Assembly (NCBI GenBank): GCA_030704615.1
Contig: CM060733.1
Location: 8,680,001-8,744,000 of the forward strand
From: Takakia lepidozioides
Lineage: Eukaryota; Plantae; Bryophyta
Length of the DNA stretch: 64,000 nt
Direction: 5' to 3'
Under the pieces are notes generated by a model. It was given only the letters and a program-made list of their open reading frames with translations, searched no databases and was not told the origin of the DNA. Both the position numbers and the translations under genes were made by a program. Below, piece by piece: positions 1-10,358 of this stretch (position 1 is the first letter of the stretch; each line of letters opens with the position of its first letter).

Positions 1-3000
1 CGCACCCCAAAGGTAGGATGTGCCATGGGCATATGTCTGAGTTCCTGAGGCCGTGGGTCACGCATGAGGATTAATTGGACAAGCAGTGGCGGGGTGGCTG
101 CCAGGGCAATAGAATGTGCGCTTTCGAGGACTTCATTCGCTTCTACCATAGTAAATTCCATGAAATAATGAAAGGGAACAAAATGCCACCGGCCGTCCAT
201 GACAATGCAATGGAGCTCATTATGGCATTGACTTCCCCCACCCTTAGACGGGCAAGTGTCAGGTCCACGCTTCGGGATCAATGAGCGGCAAAGGCGAGCG
301 CCAAACTCCAAAAAGTCTCGTGGTGGTCGTGACAATGGGAGTCTGCTGGCGTGGAGTCCGCTGGACAGCACTGTGGTGGATGGGTGTCTTCTGGGTGGCA
401 GTCTGCTGGTTGGGAGTCTCCTGAATAGCAGTCTGCTGGATGGGAGTATGCTGGACGAGAGTCTGGTACATGGGAGTGTGCTGGACAAGACTGTGCTGAC
501 TGTGAGTCTGGTGGGAAAGAGTCTGTTGGATGCCAGATTGGGTGAGCTCTGTGTCCACCGAGTCTGCAGTGAGTATGGTGTTGACCGGGGAGTTGGCGCG
601 TGCTTTGTCTGCAGAGTCCAATGCTGCTATGGCGTCTGCTAAGCCAGGGTACTTAAACAAGATGTACTCCCGCACCCGCTCCACTTCCCGACGCACCGCA
701 TTCATTGCTAAAGGAGGGTCGGAGCTCACCGTTCGCCAAGCACACATGGCCTCACACGTGCTGGCGGTATGCCACTGCACGACAAACTCGTATGCCACTA
801 CACGGACAGTCCAGCAAACGAGATGAGTGGGCCTATCGTCAGTCTGCCATTGCTGCATTCATTAGGTCTAGCAGACAAACTCCTGATGACAAAGACGGCC
901 GAGCAGACCCAGTACCCTCGACAACAGACTCATATGCCACCGCAAGGACAGACTGATGATTGAGGTTAAGCGGACTGACGAAGAGACTAAGGCAAGTGCG
1001 GAGTCTGGTGCGGAGTCTGATGACATGCCGCGACGTGACTGGGCCTCCTTACCGCCGTCGCTGCATTTATTGCGTCCAACAGACTTAAACCTAATGACAT
1101 AACGGCCGAACAGGCCCACTGCAAACAAACTTGTGCAACAATATACTCATATGCCGCTGCACGGACAGTCCAGCAGACGGAAGGTTCAACAGATTGACGA
1201 AGAGACTGGCGCAGAGTAATTTGCGCGACAACAGACTGATTTCTAACAAACTAATATCCCAAAAGACAAAGTATCCCTAGGCGGCCGGGTGATACGGGAG
1301 TAAACCGTAAGCCGCACTTTCTGTCCGAGTTCGGACGCGGCGCAAGATCACTGGTGCCCCTTCCCGCCGTCGTTGCATTTTGATTTCGTCGTTGATATCA
1401 TAGTTCTCTACGTCTAGAAAAGTGTTGAGGATTGTAAAAGCGTTCTTGAGGGCAGACTTACACGTGATCATAATGACGGCTCAACAGACCCAGCGCAAAC
1501 AAACTTGCGCCACAGTAGACTGACTTTGTGACAGTCCAGCTGACTGATATCAGAAGAATGGATAGACCAGCAGTCCGATGGCTCAGCGGACTCATGGCAA
1601 TGCGGATAATTAAAAGGTAGTAGTTAAACAGACTCATATCCAAAGAGACGGACTTCCAGCTGACCGACGGTTCAACAGACTGACGAGAGAAGAGACTTCG
1701 GGGATAAGACGAGAGAAGACACTTCGGAATTCGGCAGGCAGTGACGGCCCAGTAGTCCAGTGAAGAACAGACTCGCGCCACACCAGACTTGTATCCCTAC
1801 AGACCAACAGCCCAGCAGACCAGACTGATATCCCAGCAGAACCACGCTTGGCGTCGCCGTCATGCCGTGGTTGCATTTCATCCGTCCAGCAGACTTATGC
1901 GCATACTCATGGCACAACACACTGCTTAGAGAAAGTATTGACAAAGACGCAGTCGAAGAGCCTGTTGATCCACGCGCATTTGTAGTCGTAAGGACCTCGA
2001 ACATCCACAAGCAACATGAATCCACATCTCTCAGGCTACGTCTCCTTTCTCATTGTCCAGTTTTCAAGGAGACGGTAGTGGTTGAGATGTGATGTTTCAG
2101 GAGGTGCATCTGGATGTTTGAGGACCTTCGGACTGGATCCTGTTCCGTTCACACTCTCCGCAGTTCCCAGACATGTGGTGGCAGAGACGTCCTCACCTGA
2201 ACAGTCTCATCGGTGGAAATAAATTCTGCAATGTATACACGCCCCCACGTGCATATGCTTCCGCGATTTCCGCTATCGTGTTACCAATGGTTTCATGCTC
2301 TATACGAAGGAGCTCAGACTCGGACACATACCACAAACCGTAAACGCATGCAAATTTTCTACATATCGTCCTAAAAAATAAGCACGTGTGGCTGTAGAGC
2401 CCCACCAGCCCTCTCATGTTCAGGCACACCCTTCATTGTCATTAAAATCGCCCTAAACAAGAAGAACAGCCGCATGCGTGCAAAGTCACCTCCGCAACAT
2501 TGGACAACAAAGAGTCGCAAGAACGCGACAACAAGAACAAGTGGGCGAGTTCGTGCCAGGATGTTACGATCTTCCATGCCCTAAACATGGATGGCGCGGA
2601 TGGGTTTCTCAGAATGGACGATCCATATCCTTCGGCCGGCGCAGACTGGCAGACTGGGGGGCAGCAGACGGGCACAGCGGACTGTTGGGTGGACTTGCGG
2701 GGACTGGCACAACGGACTGGCGTGCACAGTAGACTGGCCGGCAGACTGGGGGTTTGGCGGACTGAGGGGAACTGGACTCACGGGCAGTGGACTGGCGGGC
2801 GGACTGGGGGCGCGGCGGAGCGCGGGCGGGGCTACCGCGGGCGTGGTTGGTGGGGCCGCGGCAGTAGCTGAGCGACCGCGCGCAGCAGCGGGCGGGGGGT
2901 CCTGGTGGGGGAGTCGGGCGTCCGTGCGCGGGGCCCACCGGTCAGCTCGCGCGTGCGCCATAATGTCCCAATTATTGTAAAATGAGGGCCCGGACCCCCC

Positions 3001-3135
3001 CCCCCCCCCTACGCAGGGTCGCCCACGATCCGCCGCGCCCCCAGTCCGCCGACGGCGCGGGATCTGGACCGTCCATTTCAAAACCCATCCGAGCCCTCCT
3101 TTTTTAGGCTGGGAAAATCTAAACCCTGCCACCAA
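1..3135 (-). mobile_element. Unclassified repeat-laden element (probable DNA transposon remnant) with decayed unknown ORFs; runs off the left edge
   Basis: CAGACT/AGTCTG motif recurs throughout (e.g. 340-540, 870-1240, 1460-1830, 2640-2810). Diverged internal duplications at ~780-825, ~920-955 and ~1135-1180. Stop-interrupted minus-strand frames. GC-rich promoter-like end at 2800-3130. No transposase motif recognised. Confidence 0.35.
337..540. repeat. Degenerate 15-bp minisatellite (consensus ~GGGAGTCTGCTGGAT)
   Basis: Five-codon periodicity in ORF 259..858 (QHTPI/QQTAI/QETPN/QQTAT/QKTPI) and in the antisense ORF (GSLLx). Confidence 0.7.
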
Positions 3136-3139
3136 AACC

Positions 3140-3305
3140 GACCTCTCTCTTATGAGGGCTCTTTGTGGTCGGATGTTGCGGAGGGCGTGGGTACTGCGGG
3201 CCTGAAGTGGCTGTGAACCTTATGGCCTCAAGGTTACTTTTTCCTCGTTTTAATTTGATTAAGCGGGCCTCCGTCCCCTTTCTTTAAAAAAATAATAATA
3301 AAAAG
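3140..3305 (+). mobile_element. 5'-truncated LINE 3' end
   Basis: 3251-3300 TAATTTGATTAAGCGGGCCTCCGTCCCCTTTCTTT plus A-rich tail resembles the LINE terminus at 30754-30815 (reverse complement TAATTTGATTTAAAGGGTCTCCATCCCCCTTTT plus poly-A). Confidence 0.5.
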
Positions 3306-3386
3306 AAATATCGGGCCGAGGGGGAAAAATTAACCCCCTTTCATTTCTGGGCCGTTAAGGATTTTTTTTTTAAAAGGAAACACCAA

Positions 3387-3634
3387 CAGTCAGTAGCTCA
3401 GTTGGTAAAGTGCGCTGAGTGCCATCCGGATGACCCTGGGGTCAAATCCTGCTACTTGACGGGTGTGGTACGCTCTTCTCCCCCTTCCCTGCGCAGTGTC
3501 GCATCAGAAAGTCGCATCAGAAAGCCTTACGGCGAGGTTACTGAGAGGTTATTTTCTCCTCTCTATCAAGGGGCCTGATTTGTGAGCTGTTGTCGCTCCC
3601 AGGTGTTTCCCTTTAAGAAAAAAAAAAAAAAAAA
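3387..3634 (+). mobile_element. tRNA-derived SINE
   Basis: Pol III A box TAGCTCAGTTGG (3394-3405) and B box GGTCAAATCC (3440-3449), non-tRNA body, and a 3' region shared with the adjacent inverted SINE. A-tract at 3618-3634. Confidence 0.7.
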
Positions 3635-3838
3635 GGAAACCTGGGAGCGACTGCTCACAATTCAGGCCCTTTAGGAGGGGGAAAAATTAACCCCCTTTCA
3701 GATAATCCATGAGGCACACAAGTGGGAAACATCACCACCAGACCAACCGGTCACACACACCGCACAGGGCAGCGGGTTCGAACCCTGAACCACCAGGGCG
3801 ACACACTGTGCACTTACCAGCTGAGCTACCAGCCGATA
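3635..3838 (-). mobile_element. tRNA-derived SINE
   Basis: Minus-strand A box TAGCTCAGCTGG (3817-3828) and B box GGTTCGAACCC (3774-3784). Same head as the copy at 49824-50024. Confidence 0.75.
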
Positions 3839-4239
3839 TGCTTAAGGACTTTTGAGGCAGATTATGCCGTTTCTGAGGCAAAAGCATAATACGCAGGTGC
3901 TGATGATTACGCCGGTGCTGGCAGATTATGCCCACTCATTATGCACACAACTCGTTAGTTTGACTTTTTAGCTCGCCAGTTTGACTTTATTCATGTGTGG
4001 CAGCCTCTGATTGGCTGCACAGGCGCATAATCGCCCAATAACGTACTAGAGAGCGGGCACGTGGTGCCGGTTATGGCTCACTGGATAACCGGCACCACGT
4101 GCCCGCTCCCTGGCGTAAAGCAGGTTGTGGAGTACATATTCTCGGCGCTACGCGGCGGATACCTGATTGGGGTTGATACAGAATCGGCCATCCCAGCCGA
4201 TTCGGAATGCCGAACCGGCAGTACACCCTGGGTGGCCGA

Positions 4240-4440
4240 TTCCACACACGGGGCAAGGCAGCGGGTTTGAAGTTTGAACCCCGAACCACCAAGGCGTATT
4301 TTTTTTAATAAAAGGGGATGGAAGCCCTGTAAATCATATGATTTATATTAATAGAAAAAAGGACGGGAAAAAGAAGGTACTTGTCCCCTCTGCACCCTGC
4401 GGCCTCATTACGACGAGGCCACACAAAATTCTGAGGCGTT
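4240..4440 (-). mobile_element. SINE head fragment (4240-4296) abutting a 5'-truncated LINE tail (4297-~4440)
   Basis: GCGGGTTTGA...GAACCCCGAACCACCAAGGCG matches the SINE B-box region at 3772-3800. It is followed by poly-T and AAAAGGGGATGGAAGCCCTGTAAATCA, matching the LINE terminus near 30775-30805. Confidence 0.5.
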
Positions 4441-4762
4441 TTTTATTCTTGGAAAAAGAGGCCAGTGGCCCTGAAACATTTATTTATTTCTCTGAATTGC
4501 ACATTTAAAGGAAGCGCAGAGACAGCGTTGGAGCCTCGTTGTTTCTCAAGAAGCTGTCTTGCTCGTGTATGGGCCCTGCTCTGCTCGTTCAGATTCCGAC
4601 TGTGTTGGCACGGCCGTCTCAAAGGGTTCAGTAGCACCGTATCAAGCAATTCGGGAAAGTGTGCGCCATGGATTGAACCTCTTTAAGTGCTGGAGACGTT
4701 GGCCATGGAGTTAGAGAGATGGCAGTTTCGCTCTTGGGAGCAGTGAAGGTCTCGGTGGTTTC

Positions 4763-5346
4763 CGTTTCTACAAGTGATGGTGGCTAGGGTTTGGTTCCGT
4801 CAAGTTTTTGACAAGTGCCTGGACCCAGACAAACACTGATTTCAGTCAGATTGCGTGCAGTTTGCGTGGGATTCACAGCTTTCTCACCGTAAGTAAAGTT
4901 TGTTAAGACCTGTGTGGAGCTTTAAAGCAAGCACAATTGGAAGGCGGATAAAGGGATCGTTTCTACAAGTGATGGTGGCTAGGGTTTGATTCCGTCAAGT
5001 TTTTGACATGTGCCTGGACCCAGACAAACACTGATTTCAGTCAGATTGCGTGCAGTTTGCGTGGGATTCACAGCTCTCTCACCGTAAGTAAAGTTTGTTA
5101 TGACCTGTGTGGAGCTTTAAAGCAAGCACAATTGGAAGGCGGATAAAGGGATCGTTTCTACAAGTGATGGTGGCTAGGGTTTGGTTCCGTCAAGTTTTTG
5201 ACATGTGCCTGGACTCAGACAAACACTGATTTCAGTCAGATTGCGTGCAGTTTGCATGGGATTCACAGCTCTCTCACCGTAAGTAAAGTTTGTTAAGACC
5301 TGTGTGGAGCTTTAAAGCAAGCACAATTGGAAGGCGGAGAAGGGAT
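4763..5346 (+). repeat. 3 x 195-bp near-identical tandem repeat immediately upstream of NHX
   Basis: Units start CGTTTCTACAAG at 4763, 4958 and 5153, with only a few substitutions. Each contains a telo-box (TAGGGTTT). The last unit ends within the NHX ATG. Confidence 0.95.
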
Positions 5347-7006
5347 GACAGCGCTGAATCACATGGGCCCATTGCATGCTCTACTGCTGAAAGCAGGCCT
5401 GGCTGAGGATGCAGATCATATGCATGTGGTGGCCATCTCTCTATTTGTGACGCTTCTATGCGCTTGCATTGTGCTGGGGCACTTGTTAGAAGAGAATCGA
5501 TGGATGAACGAGTCCATCACCGCTCTTATTCTTGGCTTCTGTGCCGGGATTATTGTTCTGGTCAGTAGCAAGGGTGCAAGCTCTCATGTTCTCCAGTTCA
5601 ATGAGGAGCTCTTCTTCATCTATCTGCTTCCTCCTATAATTTTCAATGCCGGGTTTCAAGTCAAGAAAAAGCAGTTCTTTCGCAACTTTGCTGCCATCAT
5701 GCTGTTTGGAGTGGTTGGGGTGTTCATCTCTTTTGCCATCATTACAGCTGGTGCCAAGTTCATGTTCCCAAAGTTAGGGCTTGACAATCTGCTGATACGG
5801 GATTACCTTGCTCTTGGGACCATCTTTTCTGCAACTGATTCTGTCTGCACATTGCAGGTTCTTAGCCAGGATGAGACACCTCTGCTCTACAGTCTTGTCT
5901 TTGGAGAGGGAGTGGTGAACGATGCCACCTCTGTGGTCTTGTTCAGGGCACTTCAGAAGTTCAACTTTGAAAACTTTACTGGACTGGACGCTTTACAAAT
6001 TGGGGGCAACTTCCTGTATCTTTTCTTCTCTAGTACTGTCCTAGGTATTGGGACAGGGCTCTTGAGTGCATATATCATCAAGACGTTGTACTTTGGCAGA
6101 CACTCAACAGATCGTGAGATTGCACTTATGGCTCTCATGGCCTACCTGTCATACGTGCTTGCAGAGCTCTTCTATTTGAGTGGAATTCTCACAGTTTTCT
6201 TCTGTGGCATTGTCATGTCCCATTACACATGGCACAATGTCACTGAGAGCTCACAAGTAACCACCAAGCATGCATTCGCAACCATGTCTTTCATTGCAGA
6301 AACTTTTATATTTTTGTATGTGGGTATGGACGCACTGGATGCCGACAAATGGAAAATGGCCAAGACATCTGTGGCCCAATCCTTTGGGCTCTTTGGTACT
6401 CTGCTGGTTTTGATCCTGGTGGGTCGGGCAGCGTTTGTGTTCCCACTATCGGCTCTCTCTAACTACGTGAGGAAGAGTTCCAACACAAAAATCAGGGGCC
6501 GCCAGCAGATCATTATTTGGTGGGCTGGATTGATGCGTGGAGCTGTATCCATAGCTTTGGCATTCAACCAGTTTACAATTTCTGGCGACACCGTGAATCC
6601 GGAGCATGCCTCAGCCATCACCACTACCATTGGTGTTGTCCTCTTCAGTACAGTGGTGTTTGGGATGGCAACAAAGCCCCTCATTGGGTGGCTACTCCCT
6701 GTACACCTGAGATCATATGTCAGCGACATATCTGAACCTGGCTCTCCAAAAGACTTCTCAGTTGGCTCTGATCTCCATGTCCCTCTCCTTTTGGATACTG
6801 ACCAACAAAGCAATGGGAACCACGTGAATGGAATGCCACGGCGAAGCTCTTTGAGTATGCTGTTTTCTGCTCCAACATCGCACATACATAAATTATGGCG
6901 GAAGTTTGATAACTCTTATATGAGGCCTAAGTTTGGCGGGCGAGGATTTATCCCTTACATTCAGTCATCCCTGACCATCCCTGAAGATGAAACTCTTCAA
7001 GTTTAG
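5345..7006 (+). CDS. NHX: Vacuolar-type (class I) Na+,K+/H+ antiporter, intronless, 553 aa
   Basis: Single ORF with HLLEENRWMNESITAL, amiloride-site motif FFIYLLPPIIFNAGF, LVFGEGVVNDATS, WWAGLMRGAVS and C-terminal WRKFDNSYMRPKFGGRGF. ATG at 5345 (the ORF track's 5327 start is a TTG). Confidence 0.95.
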   Translation: MTALNHMGPLHALLLKAGLAEDADHMHVVAISLFVTLLCACIVLGHLLEENRWMNESITALILGFCAGIIVLVSSKGASSHVLQFNEELFFIYLLPPIIFNAGFQVKKKQFFRNFAAIMLFGVVGVFISFAIITAGAKFMFPKLGLDNLLIRDYLALGTIFSATDSVCTLQVLSQDETPLLYSLVFGEGVVNDATSVVLFRALQKFNFENFTGLDALQIGGNFLYLFFSSTVLGIGTGLLSAYIIKTLYFGRHSTDREIALMALMAYLSYVLAELFYLSGILTVFFCGIVMSHYTWHNVTESSQVTTKHAFATMSFIAETFIFLYVGMDALDADKWKMAKTSVAQSFGLFGTLLVLILVGRAAFVFPLSALSNYVRKSSNTKIRGRQQIIIWWAGLMRGAVSIALAFNQFTISGDTVNPEHASAITTTIGVVLFSTVVFGMATKPLIGWLLPVHLRSYVSDISEPGSPKDFSVGSDLHVPLLLDTDQQSNGNHVNGMPRRSSLSMLFSAPTSHIHKLWRKFDNSYMRPKFGGRGFIPYIQSSLTIPEDETLQV

Positions 7007-9552
7007 CTGCTGCTCGCTTATGGAAGCCCTTTCGGGGCTTTACTGGCTGTTGCAGGATATTATCAGGCCACGGTGCCGTGGTTGCAAGCATAACCTTAGC
7101 TCAGGCTGTGTGTCGAAAGTTCCAAATTCCAAAATGTATTGTAGATAACATCTGGCATTAAGTGCCAAGTTTGGTCCTCTATTCGCTCTCTAACTCTATG
7201 GCACATCTGGAAAGCAAGATGTGCTAAGTGGTATGATGATGAATACCCTTGTTGAAGAGCGGTGCTTAGGAGGATCTTATTTGACCTATGGGTTGAGGGG
7301 AAAAAGGCTTGGGGGGGGGTTGGTTGCAGCTCTTTGCAGATGTTCTCAAGAGAAATGGGCCAAATTACTTCAAGATTTCGACTCCTCGTGGGGCTGGAGA
7401 GACATCGTCTGTACCAGGAGCGGAGAGAAATGCTTTTTCCACCTGGGATCCCCGACACATGGTGGCCTCTCTAGCCCCTGGCCTTCGCCCCTGGAGTTTG
7501 AAGAAGATATCAACTGGAAGCACAGAAAGAAGAGGAACTCCAAGATCAAAGCTCACTTGAACTTTGAGGCCCTTAGATCAATGCGTTAGGCTCCTGTCTT
7601 TTTCTGCGTTTCTTCTGGTTTCAGATCGACTCTCTCTCCCTTGCAGGTCAACTTCATGGACATGGCCCCTATTGTTACCGTGGAATAATATGGAACAATG
7701 TGGAGAATACGGACCAACAACAAGTTTTGGAATACAAACTGAAGTTGATTGGACTTGTACACTTAATACATCCCCAATTGTAGTAGAAAACAATGTATCA
7801 GAGACTTAAGCAACCTCTTCAAACCGCGAAAGGATCATACTCATTTGGACCTGCGGTGTGGGAGATAATGAATTTCAAGTATTTTCAGCTGATTGAGACT
7901 GGCTTGCATTGCGAACCCTTCATTCAATTTTGCAAGCTTCACCTGAGATCTCCACCCAATAAGCTGCTACGAGAACTGAACGAGGGCTGCAGGAACCCAG
8001 AGCAGAATCCATCAAATTTGAAAGTTTTGTGGATCTAGGGGCTAGGTGACGTTGGAAGACTCCCGGCATCTGCTTTGTCCATTGCTTGCTCTGGGGTAAC
8101 TTAGGGTTAGGGGAGCTGCCATCTCTCCCCTCCCCTCTCCCATGGGATGCACGCACACATCCATTCTCCAACTCGGATGAAAGACAATCGGAGATGAACG
8201 TTCGATGATTCAAGGATGAGAGCCGATAGGATGGAAGTAAACTGAGTTCTGTGAAATATAATCCAGATGGTACCCGCAGAAAGGAAGAGCTTGTAAATAT
8301 TGGTCCATAGTGTAGCAGTAACCTTTTAGGCTTCAGATGGTCTACTACTTGCCGTTGTATCGCAGGCAATCAGGCAGGCTCTGGAGCTGCATACTCAGAC
8401 TTATCCCAGTTCAAGTACATAATTCCTTGGAAGACCACCAAAGAGAAGGGTTACAAATCATAAAAAGAGGCCAACAAGCCTGTACTCATTAGGCTCAAAA
8501 TTTAGCAAACAGTGTGTCAGACTGCAAGTAAAGCACATCACCAATTGAAAACCCATAATCTCTGCCTGTCTGACATTTAATTGTAGTTAGATGGACAAAT
8601 AACCTGGAATATATACCTCCTCTCTTATGCAAAATTTACAAGGAAGGTCCTCAAAAATGCTCGAGTTGATGTTTTGATTGATAGTGTCTACATACACTCT
8701 GGGACAGGAGAGTACTACACTCTGGTCTGTAACAACATCCAGACACCTCAAATGATTCTTAGCAACGCAAAAACTAGTTGCAGATCATCTGCAAGTATCA
8801 GTGCATTTATTGGAGGGCCTTGAGGGTGAGTGATTTCAAGTTCACCATTAAGGGCCTACCACACAACCAGATGCCAACACACTCAGCCATGACCCTGATA
8901 CAAATAGCTTGCAGATGTATCGACATGCAGAATTTGAGAGAGATGCACTCTTTCAAGTTATTTATGGATGTATGGCCTGACAAACATTTGTCCACTAGAC
9001 AGTATTCCCCTTCTCGTAAGACAAGCAGGCCAAAGAAGCTATGATGCATAATGTGAATGGCAAGTATGGAGGGATATGGGGAGGCCAACAACCCCCTTAC
9101 ATGCGGCATTTTACATGGCCATTTGTCAAACTCTTGCCCAAGAAGCTTCCCAAAAGGAAGAACTTGCATTCAATCCAATCAAGCTGACAACAAGCCATTC
9201 TGTTTCCTTCTGCTGGGCAGTTTCACTCTCTTTCAAATGTTTGCGAGTGTGTTCCCAAACTCACTAATGAATAGGTCGATTTTGGATATGGTGAAAACCT
9301 CAGTGAGACTAGGGAAATTCCACTTTTGCTCAGGCTCAAATCCACTTCTAGGCTCATCAAACTACGCTAATCAAGATCAGGGTGTCGTAATCCAGAAAGG
9401 AAGCTATACCTTGGTCACCCACAAGGAAAAGCTCATCCTGCTCATACTCTCCCTCCCCTCTACTGCTAGGTCATTGTTAACCGCTGGTTTATGACTTAGA
9501 CAAAACAGGCTATCAGCACTACTGCCCATTTCCCAAGACATGCAACAGAGGT

Positions 9553-10358
9553 TGTCCGACGGTATGCTTTCAGAAACGATTACAAGGTAATCGTTTTAAG
9601 GATAGCTAAACCATGAACGTCGTATGAATCAATATCCCTACAGATTGCTTAATCCTATTGATTAAGCCCAACCTATAGTCTTCTTGGCATAAAAGATCTT
9701 AGTCGAAAAGACTGAAGCCTCTTTGTTCATACAATCAGATGCTAGTCAAGACAAGACAAGAACTATTATGAGATGATACACATTCTCACCATCTCACGTT
9801 CTCTCATAATGCACATTCTCTCCATCTCACGTTCACTCTACACAGAGATACTTGGAATAACATGGCTTTACTCCAGAGTTCCTCACATCATCACAGAAGT
9901 ACACATTGAATCACTTTGAGTCCACTGAATACGCACTAATCACTGATACTCATACTGCTCTCCTTCTAAGTTGCGTGCAGCCTTTTTATACTATGCTCGA
10001 AAGAGCCGTTACAGCCTGCGGTCGTTAATGACCGTTTGCCTAATTGCCTACACAACCTAAAAGGTTTGCTAAAAAGTGGCTCGTTGTAGTGGTCGTGAGC
10101 CATAGTGGTAAACGGTCCAACTATTCCCTCTATTGGTTAAAGCCGATGCTAACGTGGCCGTGTGATATCGTGGTTCACGGCCCACGGTTACTACACTACC
10201 CACTACTGCTCCCGTGGTAATGTACCTTTGTTCCGCCATTTGCTAAGTACCACGTACTTAGCATTTTCTGCCCGTGACCAGGTAGTGTACACCAATCACC
10301 AACCGGTATGTCCCGCCGTGACCCTCGCTGTCTGGCCCTCGTAGCTTAGCCGTTATCA
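9553..10358 (-). mobile_element. LTR (3' LTR of a minus-strand retroelement), ~806 bp
   Basis: TG...CA ends (TGTCCGA / GTTATCA). Minus-strand TATA box TATAAAAAGG at ~9981-9990. Polypurine tract just upstream on minus (C-run 10364-10379 plus TCTTTTG). No partner LTR in the window; the left boundary rests on the TG dinucleotide alone. Confidence 0.6.

Noticed and set aside
3387-3460. tRNA gene
   Set aside because: A and B boxes are present but the acceptor, anticodon and T stems do not pair properly, and it continues into a SINE body.
5327-5344. ORF-track start of NHX
   Set aside because: It is a TTG codon; the first ATG is at 5345.
7096-9500. Short ORFs downstream of NHX
   Set aside because: No recognisable motif or consistent splice model; possibly old TE debris.
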